Source: an uncultured virus (IMG/VR IMGVR_UViG_3300035188_001031) (Duplodnaviria; Heunggongvirae; Uroviricota; Caudoviricetes). From it: 20,000 nt of DNA. The position numbers and the translations under genes were made by a program. The notes under the pieces are model-generated. The model saw nothing but the letters and a program-made list of their open reading frames with translations. It had not been told where the DNA came from and did no database searches. Shown here one piece after another: positions 7,232 to 17,100 of this stretch. The number at the start of each line of letters is the position of its first letter. The first letter of the stretch is position 1. The stretch lies in IMG/VR virus record IMGVR_UViG_3300035188_001031; one strand, given 5' to 3'.

Positions 7232-7680
7232 GCATCGACGAGATCATCGACCGCTGCGAATCCCATCTCAGGCTCCCCGAGACCGATTGGGATTCGATCT
7301 ACTTCCGCATTCGCTGCTCCCCTCTCGGGCCTGATTTCCCCGCTGACCGGTTCCTGCGGACCCCAGTTCGCGTGATTCGCTGGGTCCTCCGTGAACTGGA
7401 CAACCAGGAATTCGGCCGAGCCAACCTCGATGCGCTCCCGGTAGCTCGCCTGACCACGACCCTAATCGGGATTGCTCACGGCTTCTCCGGATCCAAACGC
7501 GCCGCCCCCAAGTTGGATGTCAAGGATTTCCTGCCGTTCCCGGATTGGAACCCCGAGGGCGCAACCCGCATCGGGCCCAGTGACGAAACTGTGGCCCAGT
7601 TGAAAAAACTATTACTCAAGCGTCAGATTCCTATGCATGTGTTTACTTCTCTGATTACCCCGCTCAGCCAATCCACGTAA
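7198..7680 (+). CDS. Frameshift extension (gpT analogue) giving a gpGT fusion of about 327 aa
   Basis: The -1 frame reads ARRGGSSARELSIDEIIDRCESHLRLPETDWDSIYFRIRCSPLGPDFPADRFLRTPVRVIRWVLRELDNQ... and is continuous with track ORF 7372..7680. Confidence 0.85.
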   Translation, partial: ARRGGSSARELSIDEIIDRCESHLRLPETDWDSIYFRIRCSPLGPDFPADRFLRTPVRVIRWVLRELDNQEFGRANLDALPVARLTTTLIGIAHGFSGSKRAAPKLDVKDFLPFPDWNPEGATRIGPSDETVAQLKKLLLKRQIPMHVFTSLITPLSQST

Positions 7681-7708
7681 AATACGGATAACGTATAGGG
7701 CTTAAGGT

Positions 7709-10700
7709 GTGTCTGAGTATCAGATAAAAGTCACAGCGGACACTAAAGCCGCTTTAGATGAGTTAAGAAAACTATCTAAACAGATAGAAGATGTAAACAA
7801 GCCAAAGATAAAGCCTATTGTAGATTCTAATAGTCTAGCCTCTTTAACCAAAGGTTTACAAACTGAGCTAAGGCGCTTAAAAGAGCATCAAGTCACTATC
7901 GACATCAATAGCACTTCGTTCAAACAGTTAGGCGCACAGATTCAAGATACTCAAAATAGGCTTAGGGGTCTTGAGCAAAAGAAGCTGCTTATCAATGCAG
8001 ACCCCTCTAGCATCGTTGCGTTAAGAGCCAAACTCGGAGACTTACAGCAACAACTTGAGAGAGTTAGTACAAAATCCGAAGCGTTTAAGCGACTTACTGG
8101 AGAGATCAAAAAAACTGAAGCTGCCTTAAGCGGAGTAGGTAGCGCGGGCGGAGGGGGCGCAATGCGTCTTGTGGAGAACTTTTCAAAAGTTGGTCTTGCC
8201 CTGTACGGTGTACAACAGGCTGTACGTCTGACGGGTGCTGCTTTTAGAGGGTTTTTTGATGAAACAATAGGCAGGGAAATCCAGTTTAGAGAAACGATAC
8301 TTAAAACCCAGACCACTCTGGCTTCTACCAATAAAGTCTTTCGAAATGGTTCAGAAATTACAGATCCTTATCAAAAGATTGTAGCTCTTACAGGACAAGT
8401 TGAGGAGCGTGTCGATAGCATCCGCAAGCGCTCCATTGAACTCGCGGGAGTCACGTCTAATGATGTAGTTGAAGTTTTCGCAATTGTCTCCTCTCAGATC
8501 GGAATGATCGGTGGGGGCTTAAAAGATGCGGAAGATTTAGCAATCAGCTTCTCTGCCGCTTTAGGCACCTTTGGTCTTCCACTACATCAGGCTCGCCAAG
8601 AGATTGGATCGATCCTGCGGGGAGATATTACAAAAGACTCGTATATGGCGAAGGCACTGGGGATTACTTCAGAAGATGTAGAAAGAGCACGAACACAAGC
8701 CGGTGGTGTGGTTGCCTTTATTCAGAACAAATTAGAAGGTGCTGTCGCTGGACAAAAGATAGCTGCACAGAGCTTCTCTGGCGTGATGAGCAATCTTAAG
8801 GATTTACAAGAACTCTTTGGACAAGAATTTGGTAAAGGTTTACTCGACCCCATGCTGGGCGGTCTCCGAACTGTTTTTAACTATCTCAATAGCATTCGGG
8901 ATACCCTATTCGCAATAGGTAGAGAAGCGGGAGCGGGTATCGGTGAACTCCTCGGCAATAATTTATCAGCGATCGTTGGAGGATCGGATTTATTCCAAGG
9001 CATAGGCGCCAGTGCCGCCGAGGGCGCTAAGCAGTTTGTAACCGTTATTCAACAAGCTTTTACCTCATTGCAGGCTGATGCTAATGAGTTTATTGCACCA
9101 GTTCGCAACATCTTAGAGGAGCTTGTTAAAAGTGCTGGTGTTTTACTCAGTGCATTCTTAGAACTAGGCAAGGCCCTGGCCTCTATTGGTGTCGAATCTC
9201 TAAAATCGCTTGCTTCTCTTTTTTCAAACCTCAGTGAAGTTGTAACAGTTATTGCTACAGGCCTTGCTGGTGTGCTGAAAGTTTTGACAGCACTTGTGCA
9301 GCTTCCGCCTGTGATGGTGCTTGCTCAGTTGGCTGCTCAAGTAGCAATTCTGAACAAGCTAGGCATCACCCAGATGTTCGCCGGCGCTATCGGACCCATC
9401 AGAAATATGAGTACGGCTGTGGTGGGCCTTAGTCAAAATCTGATTAGAAGTGGAGTTAGCCTGAAGACTTTCACGAGTGCAGCCGTTGGCATGGGTGCTG
9501 CAGTATCTGCAGCGGTTGTATCCATGGGGCGAGCGGTTGCTGGTTTCATGAAAGCTAATGCGTACATGATAATTATCCAAGTTACTTTAGCCGTTGTTAT
9601 AGATCTTTTCGGTCGTTTCCAGCGTCAGCAAGAAGAACTGGCACGCACCCAGAAAGCAGAAGCAGCATTGAAGGAACTAAACACTAAGTTTCGTGATGTA
9701 GGTGAGAGCGCTACCGAGGCCGAAAAAGCTCAGAAGGCATATTTAGAATCCCTAGTTAGTAATGAGTATGACGCTGCTGTCAATAACTTAAATGAAATAA
9801 ATGAGAAACTAAGGCTACAGGCTGGCCCTAATATCTTCGAGAAACTAGGCAATAGCGTTAAATGGTTTGCTGGAGAGCTAGACAAACTGCTTCGCAAATT
9901 TGGACCATTACTTGCGTTGATTTCTGGCGGCGCAATCGGAGGCGGCACATTAGGAGCCATCGCAGGGAAGCAACCTGGAAGAGGGAGTAAATCCACAGAT
10001 AATAAAATCTTCGGTTTTGATACCCGCAATATCACCGATCCCATGGGTCGTCACAGTAAAACGGGGTGGTATCAGCAAGACTTACTACGTCAGCAACGAG
10101 AAGCAGCTGCCCGTGCTGAAAAATTTAAGCTCAATGATAAAGCTGGCGGCACCGGTTCAGATGACATCCGCCTTCAGGCTGAAGAAAACCGCGCCAATAT
10201 CGAAAGACAAAAGCAGCTTGAAAGTGATCTAGCTGAGCGTCGTCGCGCTTTCGAGGAAGATCTTGCCAACTTCCGCAAGTCCCAGGAGGACGCCGTCTTC
10301 GAGCGTCGTCAGTCCCTGGCCCAGAAGGAAATCGACATCTTCCGCGCTGCTGGAGAGCTCCGAATCACCCAGATGGAGCAGGCCAACGCAAAGCTCCTCG
10401 AAGGTGAGGAAGGCGCCTCCCGGGCGGCCATGGAAGCGCTGAACACCTATATCACCGAGCGCGAGAAAGGGGAACTCAATATCGAAGCGCAGAAGAAAGA
10501 GATGGCTACCGAGCTTGTCAATATGGAGAAGACGCTAGCCGACTACAGGCTAGAGCAGGAAAAGCGAATTGCTGAGATCCGTAGAAAGGCGGATGAATAC
10601 ACAATGCTGGCAATTAAGGGTCAGCAAGAAATCGGTGCTGGTATGAGTGGTAGCGCTACCACTGGTGGCGTGACCGGCCTTTCTGGTGGTAAAGCCTTTG

Positions 10701-13654
10701 ATTCAGGCCTTCGCACTGGTCCCGCTCACCTGATAGGTGGGAGCTCGGAGTATCACCAAGATATGGCATTTGGCGCTGGAGTACCACTCAAAGAGCAGGT
10801 AGCTCTTGTGCGACAGATGGCGGAAGAGTATGACAAGATCGGCCGCGCAATGGTACTAAGCAATCAGGCTGTTCATGGAAGAGTGTTCCCTGTTAAAGGC
10901 TCTGAGGCTGAACAAACTAAATGGGTGACAGATGCCCGTGCTGCCCACCGTTCTCGTAATGGTGGGACTGGAAGAGATGCAATTGATTTCTACACACCTT
11001 CAAAACAAGTAGCTATTGAAAGAGGCGGTAAAGCCGCACTGGCCCATAGTTCAGCAGTAGAAAGCACGCCCATGCTTGCTCCTGTAATACCAGGGGCCCA
11101 GAGAAATTATTTCAGCGGCGGTCGTAACGGGGCTGGTATGAGTCTCACAAGAGATGGTCAGCGGCTCTTCACACTCATTCACGGACGCACTGACCGGGCT
11201 CTACCGCAGGGTGGAGCAATCCCTGGAGCATCTACTGCTGCTGCTCCCGCTGCAGCCCGCGCCTCTGTAAACGGTATCACCCCCGAGCTACGAGCTGCAC
11301 TCGACACCATCCGACATGCTGAGGGCACCTGGCTGGGAGGGTCCGACAAGGGCTACAAGACCATGTTTGGAGGCAGCACGTTCTCCAATTTTGCCCGCCA
11401 TCCGGACAAAGTCATACACACTCCGAGGTACTCCAGCGCTGCAGCGGGTGCCTACCAGTTCCTACCTGGCACATGGGATGAAGTCAGTAAAAAAGCCGGA
11501 CTGAATGATTTCAGTCCTGGAAACCAGGACCGGGGAGCGATTGAGCTTCTTAAAAAACGTGGTGTATATGACTCACTTAAAGCTGGTAAGTTTACACCTG
11601 AAGTTGCGGCAAAAATGGCACCTGAATGGGCGTCATTCCCAACAATGGCGGGCGGCAGTTACTACGGACAACCTAGTAAGAAGTTCGGAGAACTAGAAAA
11701 GTTTTATAAGAGCAGACTCGGCGCAAACAGAGAAGTAGCGCCAGCTCGCCCCCTCCCCGAGTACGGATCCACCGTTGATAATCCGCAGCACATGCGGACG
11801 ATTACAGACTTAGAGAACAAGCTGGTTGCTAGTAGTCAAAAACTAGCGGATCTCCGTGCTTCTCTTGCTGACATCGGCAATTCTAAGAACTTTGAAGCTG
11901 TCGGTAAAGCATTCGAGCAAGCGCTTCCAGGTAAAGAAGACTTCGAAGCGATGGAAAGTGAAATGTTCGGCACAATGCAAACTATTGCCGCATTAGGCAC
12001 AGCCACTAATGCAGCCTTTGACCCAGAAGCGTCCAAGCTCACTGTGGAGCACGCAAAGAATCGCATGATTGCAGAACGCGAACTAGCTCAAATGAGAGCA
12101 CACATTGCTGGTGATACGCGACTTACAGACCAAGAAAGAGTAAAATGGCAAGAAATACTCAACGGTATAGCTATTAAATACAATGAAAATCAAGCACGGA
12201 CGCTTGAACTCAAGCAAAAGCAGCTAGGTGCCGAGCGGGCTCTTGCTTACATCCAGGAAACCCAGCAGCGCACTCAGCAACTGAAACAATCAGCCGGAGA
12301 TAACCGGAAACGAGCCGAGATGCGGCGTAGCGGGATGCGACAAGAAGACATCGACTACCGAATACAAGTCGATGCGATTAATCGTGATTATGAAGAAAAA
12401 GTAAAGGGCTTTAGCACAGTCAATCCCATGGCTAACAAGATCGGGCAGGCTTTTAATGGGTCAGTAGATACTAGCTTCCTCACATCAGCACTCCCAGCTA
12501 ACAACATCGTCCCCACGACTGGTAAATCTACCCCCAGCACTACAGCCGCCACAACCCCGAGCACGAATCCACTTACAGCTATCACAAGTGGTTTCTCTCA
12601 GAACATTGTAAAAGTAGAAGCCGCAATGTTTTCTGCTGCTGCCACTGCATCAGGGACCTTAGGACCCGCCCTTAGTGCCGCTCTATCACCTGAAAGTCTA
12701 CCAACTCTGCTGGGTGATCTATCAAAGATCGGCACTGAAATAACGGATCCTTCTGGCGGTCTACGTGCGCAAGCAGGACAAGCGAAAGAAGGTCTCTTAG
12801 CAGCAGCGCAAAGTGACTACGAAAGTGCTAGAGCCCTGAACAGCCCTATTCTACAACTTGTCGGACAGTGGCGGCAAGAATTAGCCGATACTGAAGGCAT
12901 GGTTACTAGCCTTGCTGGCACGATCCAATCAGAGCTCTCCGGTGCCATGAGCACCAGCCTTATTGGACTCGTCAACGGCACCAATACGGCGAAAGAAGCC
13001 TTCGGTTCGATGTTCCAAAGCATCGGTAAAACGATGGTCGATACCGCAACACAGATGCTGTCGAAATCTCTGATGACAGGTCTGCTGGGCGGTGGGGCAC
13101 CGGGCGGCGGCCTCCTCGGCAGCATCTTCGGTCTCGGGGGTGGTGGCGGTGGTGGCGGCCTCGGGAGCCTCTTGGGGGGCCTCTTCGGTGCTCGTGCTGC
13201 TGGTGGTAACGCGGACGCCAACCGCCCCCTCCTGATTGGTGAACGCGGCCCCGAGATCTTCGTACCCGACACCGGCGGTCAGATCGTCCCGAATCACCGC
13301 AGCCAGGCCTACGCCGCGATGTCCCGCCCTGTTGACGACGGCGCTTTTCCAGTAACACAGAAAGGCGGCACAAATATTGAGCCCTCAGACCCTTTTGCCG
13401 CTAACAAGAAAATCCTCGATTCAATCGCTAGTGTGTCGCAGAAGCGCAATGCAGATAAGTCTTTATCAGCTATCGGTGGCTCTGCAGAGATTAAGTACAG
13501 TCGCGTCAACTCAGGTGACCTACCCTTCATCACCGAGGACGATGCCCTGCGAATAGCCAAACAAGCCGAAATGAACGGCGCTAAGATGGGTCAACAGCGC
13601 ACCCTCGCGGCTCTGCGCAATAATCCCAGTACAAGAAGAGGTATAGGCATCTAA
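7709..13654 (+). CDS. Tape measure protein with embedded lambda-type lysozyme (GH104-like lytic transglycosylase) domain
   Basis: 1981 aa after the chaperones, with coiled-coil and hydrophobic helices. RAALDTIRHAEGT...AAGAYQFL..TW...DFSPGNQDRGA..L at about 11290-11710; C-terminal GG...LIGERGPEIFVP motif. Confidence 0.92.
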   Translation: MSEYQIKVTADTKAALDELRKLSKQIEDVNKPKIKPIVDSNSLASLTKGLQTELRRLKEHQVTIDINSTSFKQLGAQIQDTQNRLRGLEQKKLLINADPSSIVALRAKLGDLQQQLERVSTKSEAFKRLTGEIKKTEAALSGVGSAGGGGAMRLVENFSKVGLALYGVQQAVRLTGAAFRGFFDETIGREIQFRETILKTQTTLASTNKVFRNGSEITDPYQKIVALTGQVEERVDSIRKRSIELAGVTSNDVVEVFAIVSSQIGMIGGGLKDAEDLAISFSAALGTFGLPLHQARQEIGSILRGDITKDSYMAKALGITSEDVERARTQAGGVVAFIQNKLEGAVAGQKIAAQSFSGVMSNLKDLQELFGQEFGKGLLDPMLGGLRTVFNYLNSIRDTLFAIGREAGAGIGELLGNNLSAIVGGSDLFQGIGASAAEGAKQFVTVIQQAFTSLQADANEFIAPVRNILEELVKSAGVLLSAFLELGKALASIGVESLKSLASLFSNLSEVVTVIATGLAGVLKVLTALVQLPPVMVLAQLAAQVAILNKLGITQMFAGAIGPIRNMSTAVVGLSQNLIRSGVSLKTFTSAAVGMGAAVSAAVVSMGRAVAGFMKANAYMIIIQVTLAVVIDLFGRFQRQQEELARTQKAEAALKELNTKFRDVGESATEAEKAQKAYLESLVSNEYDAAVNNLNEINEKLRLQAGPNIFEKLGNSVKWFAGELDKLLRKFGPLLALISGGAIGGGTLGAIAGKQPGRGSKSTDNKIFGFDTRNITDPMGRHSKTGWYQQDLLRQQREAAARAEKFKLNDKAGGTGSDDIRLQAEENRANIERQKQLESDLAERRRAFEEDLANFRKSQEDAVFERRQSLAQKEIDIFRAAGELRITQMEQANAKLLEGEEGASRAAMEALNTYITEREKGELNIEAQKKEMATELVNMEKTLADYRLEQEKRIAEIRRKADEYTMLAIKGQQEIGAGMSGSATTGGVTGLSGGKAFDSGLRTGPAHLIGGSSEYHQDMAFGAGVPLKEQVALVRQMAEEYDKIGRAMVLSNQAVHGRVFPVKGSEAEQTKWVTDARAAHRSRNGGTGRDAIDFYTPSKQVAIERGGKAALAHSSAVESTPMLAPVIPGAQRNYFSGGRNGAGMSLTRDGQRLFTLIHGRTDRALPQGGAIPGASTAAAPAAARASVNGITPELRAALDTIRHAEGTWLGGSDKGYKTMFGGSTFSNFARHPDKVIHTPRYSSAAAGAYQFLPGTWDEVSKKAGLNDFSPGNQDRGAIELLKKRGVYDSLKAGKFTPEVAAKMAPEWASFPTMAGGSYYGQPSKKFGELEKFYKSRLGANREVAPARPLPEYGSTVDNPQHMRTITDLENKLVASSQKLADLRASLADIGNSKNFEAVGKAFEQALPGKEDFEAMESEMFGTMQTIAALGTATNAAFDPEASKLTVEHAKNRMIAERELAQMRAHIAGDTRLTDQERVKWQEILNGIAIKYNENQARTLELKQKQLGAERALAYIQETQQRTQQLKQSAGDNRKRAEMRRSGMRQEDIDYRIQVDAINRDYEEKVKGFSTVNPMANKIGQAFNGSVDTSFLTSALPANNIVPTTGKSTPSTTAATTPSTNPLTAITSGFSQNIVKVEAAMFSAAATASGTLGPALSAALSPESLPTLLGDLSKIGTEITDPSGGLRAQAGQAKEGLLAAAQSDYESARALNSPILQLVGQWRQELADTEGMVTSLAGTIQSELSGAMSTSLIGLVNGTNTAKEAFGSMFQSIGKTMVDTATQMLSKSLMTGLLGGGAPGGGLLGSIFGLGGGGGGGGLGSLLGGLFGARAAGGNADANRPLLIGERGPEIFVPDTGGQIVPNHRSQAYAAMSRPVDDGAFPVTQKGGTNIEPSDPFAANKKILDSIASVSQKRNADKSLSAIGGSAEIKYSRVNSGDLPFITEDDALRIAKQAEMNGAKMGQQRTLAALRNNPSTRRGIGI

Positions 13655-14121
13655 TGCAGATCGCGATTGGTACTTATATTAACTTCAGATTGTTTGCCGG
13701 CGCTGACACAGGTTACGCCTTCCAAAACTTCCACACAAATGCGACACGCAGCTATGGGGGAGTGAACTACATCTACGCTGGTTTTGGATTTAGCGGCACA
13801 AGTATCGACTTACAGGGGAGTTCCATTGAGGCTCAGCTAGTGTTCGCTGTTAGCGATCTGCTGCTGTCTTTTATTCAGCAAGCTGCTGATGATCGGTGGA
13901 TCCTCCGAGTGCGGACAGTTTGGTTAAACCCTGACTCACTGGTGGAAACCTCCACCTTCATGGAGGAAATTTATCAAGTCAATGGTTTTCAGCATGATGG
14001 TAGCCGCTTAAGTCTCAAGCTGGGTAGTCCGTTAGATGCTGTTAAAAGTCATATTCCAAAACGAACTCTTAGACAAGAACTTGTTGGTTCTCTACCTTCC
14101 TCGGGGCAGATTAACTTCTGA
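13654..14121 (+). CDS. Minor tail protein, gpL-like tail tip component
   Basis: 155 aa coupled to the TMP by TAATG. YGGVNYIYAGFGFSG and LKLGSPLDAV..IPKRTL resemble gpL/DUF1833-like N-terminal domains. Confidence 0.65.
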   Translation: MQIAIGTYINFRLFAGADTGYAFQNFHTNATRSYGGVNYIYAGFGFSGTSIDLQGSSIEAQLVFAVSDLLLSFIQQAADDRWILRVRTVWLNPDSLVETSTFMEEIYQVNGFQHDGSRLSLKLGSPLDAVKSHIPKRTLRQELVGSLPSSGQINF

Positions 14122-17100
14122 TGTCATTAACCCCTTACAAAGGTCATATTGTCCTTCTCCCTGAAGACAGGGAGCTCATTGATGTCTTAGGTATCACTGA
14201 GGAGGAGTACCGCTCCTTTGTTCGAGAGGCGATGAAGCGCTCTCGGATTGAACCGGGGAAACCGCAGGCGCTACTCCTCATACCTTTTGTTGCAAACCTT
14301 GTCATAGGTCTTGCTCTTAGTTATGTAGGCAATCTGCTCGCCCCTAAGAACACAGGGGGCAAGGGACCGAATATCCGACAGACCCAGAAGCAGGGTCAAA
14401 ATATTGTAAGCCAAACAGAATTTGCCCCTAAAGTTGGCTTTGATTCACTACAGAACGTAGTAGAACTCGGCTCAAGTGTTCCCGTCATTTATGCAAAGAG
14501 GGAAGTCATCAATGGTTTTACATACGGTGGAGTACGTGTTAATACAAACCTCGTTTGGTCCCAGATGCAATCCTATGGAGGTAACCAACTCTTTAGGGCA
14601 ATCTTCTTAATTGGTGAAGGAGCCATCGGCGCTCTTGACCCAACTCAGTTCGCTTTTGGTGATAATACGATCAACGGCTACGACTTAGGACTAGGTAATT
14701 CTTCCAATAGTAGAGTTACCTTTTATCAGAAAACCAACGGCGGTCGCATCACAAGCGCTGATCGCATAGCGGGCCGAACAGCAGATAAAGATCCAGGTAA
14801 CGCCCAGAACCAGGGAGCACTTGATGTCTTCCATGTGCAGAGTATAAATAATGAATGGAGACCCGACTTTTGCTATTCATACAAACCGGCCACTCAAACG
14901 CAATTCGGTGTCTATTCACCTATTGGTGTTGGCTTAGGCTACCGAATTAACCCCAGTATGCGTCCCGCTGTCGCAGTGCGGACAGTCCCCGAGGGCGATA
15001 AAGGAAAAGTCAAATTACAATGTGATAAAGATGGTGTAGCACTAGCGCAGCGTAACAAGTACAATACTAAGTTCAAATCACGTAGCGGTATCATCCGTAT
15101 TAACGGAGTCAATTTCAACAATGATGACGGCGAAACTAGAACACTAAATGTCAACGATACTGTTACTTACTTCCTTGAACGTAGGAGCGATGCACGGCGT
15201 GAATTTAGGGGTGGGCAACCTGGCAATGACCACAAAGAGACTTGCAATGATGTTGCTCAAGCAGTTGCAAGCCGTCAGAAGAACTGGGACGACTCCTGTT
15301 CTATCGGTGATCTCTACAAGCTCGGAACTGCTCAACTGATATGTGAATCACGCTCTCCCATTGATGAAGTCTTCTCCTCCGAGGTCGATCAGGACCCGAT
15401 CGGCGGCGGACAAGACATGGCGGTCACCTTCCGTGTCGTCAAGAGCGGCATAGCCGAACTTACCAGCCTTTCTGGAGTTGGCACAGGCACTTCAAGATCA
15501 CATCTCTTGAAGCTGTCTATCTGTGCTTTTACTTTATCAAGGGCCACTCAAGTTATCGAACTAGGCTTTAAAAGCACCCTCGGTATCCGCATCAATGGCT
15601 TATGTAATTTCAAAGACGCGATCAGTCATAGAGAAATCGACGGCAGGGCATGCGAACACTACAGAAATAGAGTATTCGGCAAGGGGCAGAGCCTAGGACT
15701 TAGCAATTATTCCTCCGGATCCTTTTCAGGATCAGAGCGCCGCTACTCCTTTTTCCGTATTGGATACCGTGTAGCGGGCAGCACTGACGCTTATATCTAC
15801 ATGAGTCAGTGCTTCGGTTTTGCCGGAGTAACGCAACAGAACCAATTCAACTATATCCGCCTTCAAATGCCCAGATTTGAAGTCTGGGAGTTCAAGATAG
15901 AACCCTTATCAGGTTGGGAAATACGTTCTAACCAGGCTACAGGATCATTAGAAGTTCTTGATGCGAAGATTAGTCAAACCAGAACTGTATGGTCTTCTGA
16001 CGTTGGCGCTACATTCAACGGACGGGCCATAAGCCGGGAAAGAAGGACCTTTCAAATGGCTTGTACGAGAGATCGTAATCTAGGTGTTGAGAAGCAGGAT
16101 ACACGAGATTATGCAGACGATTGGGGTAAGTTAGCCGAAGCCTTCGTTTATGACGAGATCCAAAGCTCAGCTCGCACTCCTGAGCATGAATTAGCGTACA
16201 TCAATATTATTACACCTAATACTGTAACGCCTACTTATAACAATTTAGCGCTTATTGGCATGAATATTCGGAGTAGTACCGAATTTTCACAGCTGAAACA
16301 GCTTTCCGTTTATGTTACTAGCGGCTTAGGAGGATACCACACTTTCCCACAAGTCCTACAAGATCTCTTATCTAACACGCGCTACGGACTCGGTGCGACC
16401 CTAAGTGCAGAGCAGATCGACAATGATCTACTGCTGTCGGCTACATCGTGGACATACTCTCGCCGCTACTTCTGGGATGGCGCTCTCCCCGAGCCCGTCA
16501 ACATCCGGCAGTGGGCCAGCACTACAGCACCCCATTTCCTACTCGAATTTGTAATCAAAAATGGTAAGTTTGCTTTACAACCTGCCGTTTATTTTAATCA
16601 GCCGGAAGTAATAACAAATCTATTCACAAGTGGCAATATTCTGGAAGACTCTTTTGAATTTTCTTATGCTGATACGGAAGAACGCATACCGAAACGAGTT
16701 TCTGTAAAGTGGCGACACGAAAGACCGGCAAATACGAATGATTCAGCTGGAATTTTCCCATTAATCCGTGAAATTAATATCCGTGAGGTAGGCACGCCCG
16801 CTGATGCTCCGCTAGAAACCCTCGATTTAACCGATTTCTGTACCAACCAGGAACATGCAATAGATGTTGCAAAATACATTTGTAGAGTTTCTCGTCTTGT
16901 TACACACTCAGTATCTTTTAAAACTGTCCCAACAGAAGCCGGCCTGGAAATCGGTAGATGTTTCAAGCTAGGCCTTGAAACAGTCAATTATGCACAACCT
17001 AATAATGGTGCTATAAGTTCTGACGGGACGATTACAAGTATAGATCCGATTTCTAATGGTACTTATGATGTACTACTGTGGAATGGCACTACAAATGCGA

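Noticed and set aside
7074..7334. +1-frame ORF spanning the chaperone end as an alternative frameshift product
   Set aside because: It stops at 7334. The -1 frame has the canonical heptamer and runs up to the TMP.
12817..13373. Pro/Arg-rich antisense ORFs and a GGT/GGC repeat tract
   Set aside because: Mirror of the Gly-rich TMP C-terminus; not an independent gene or array.
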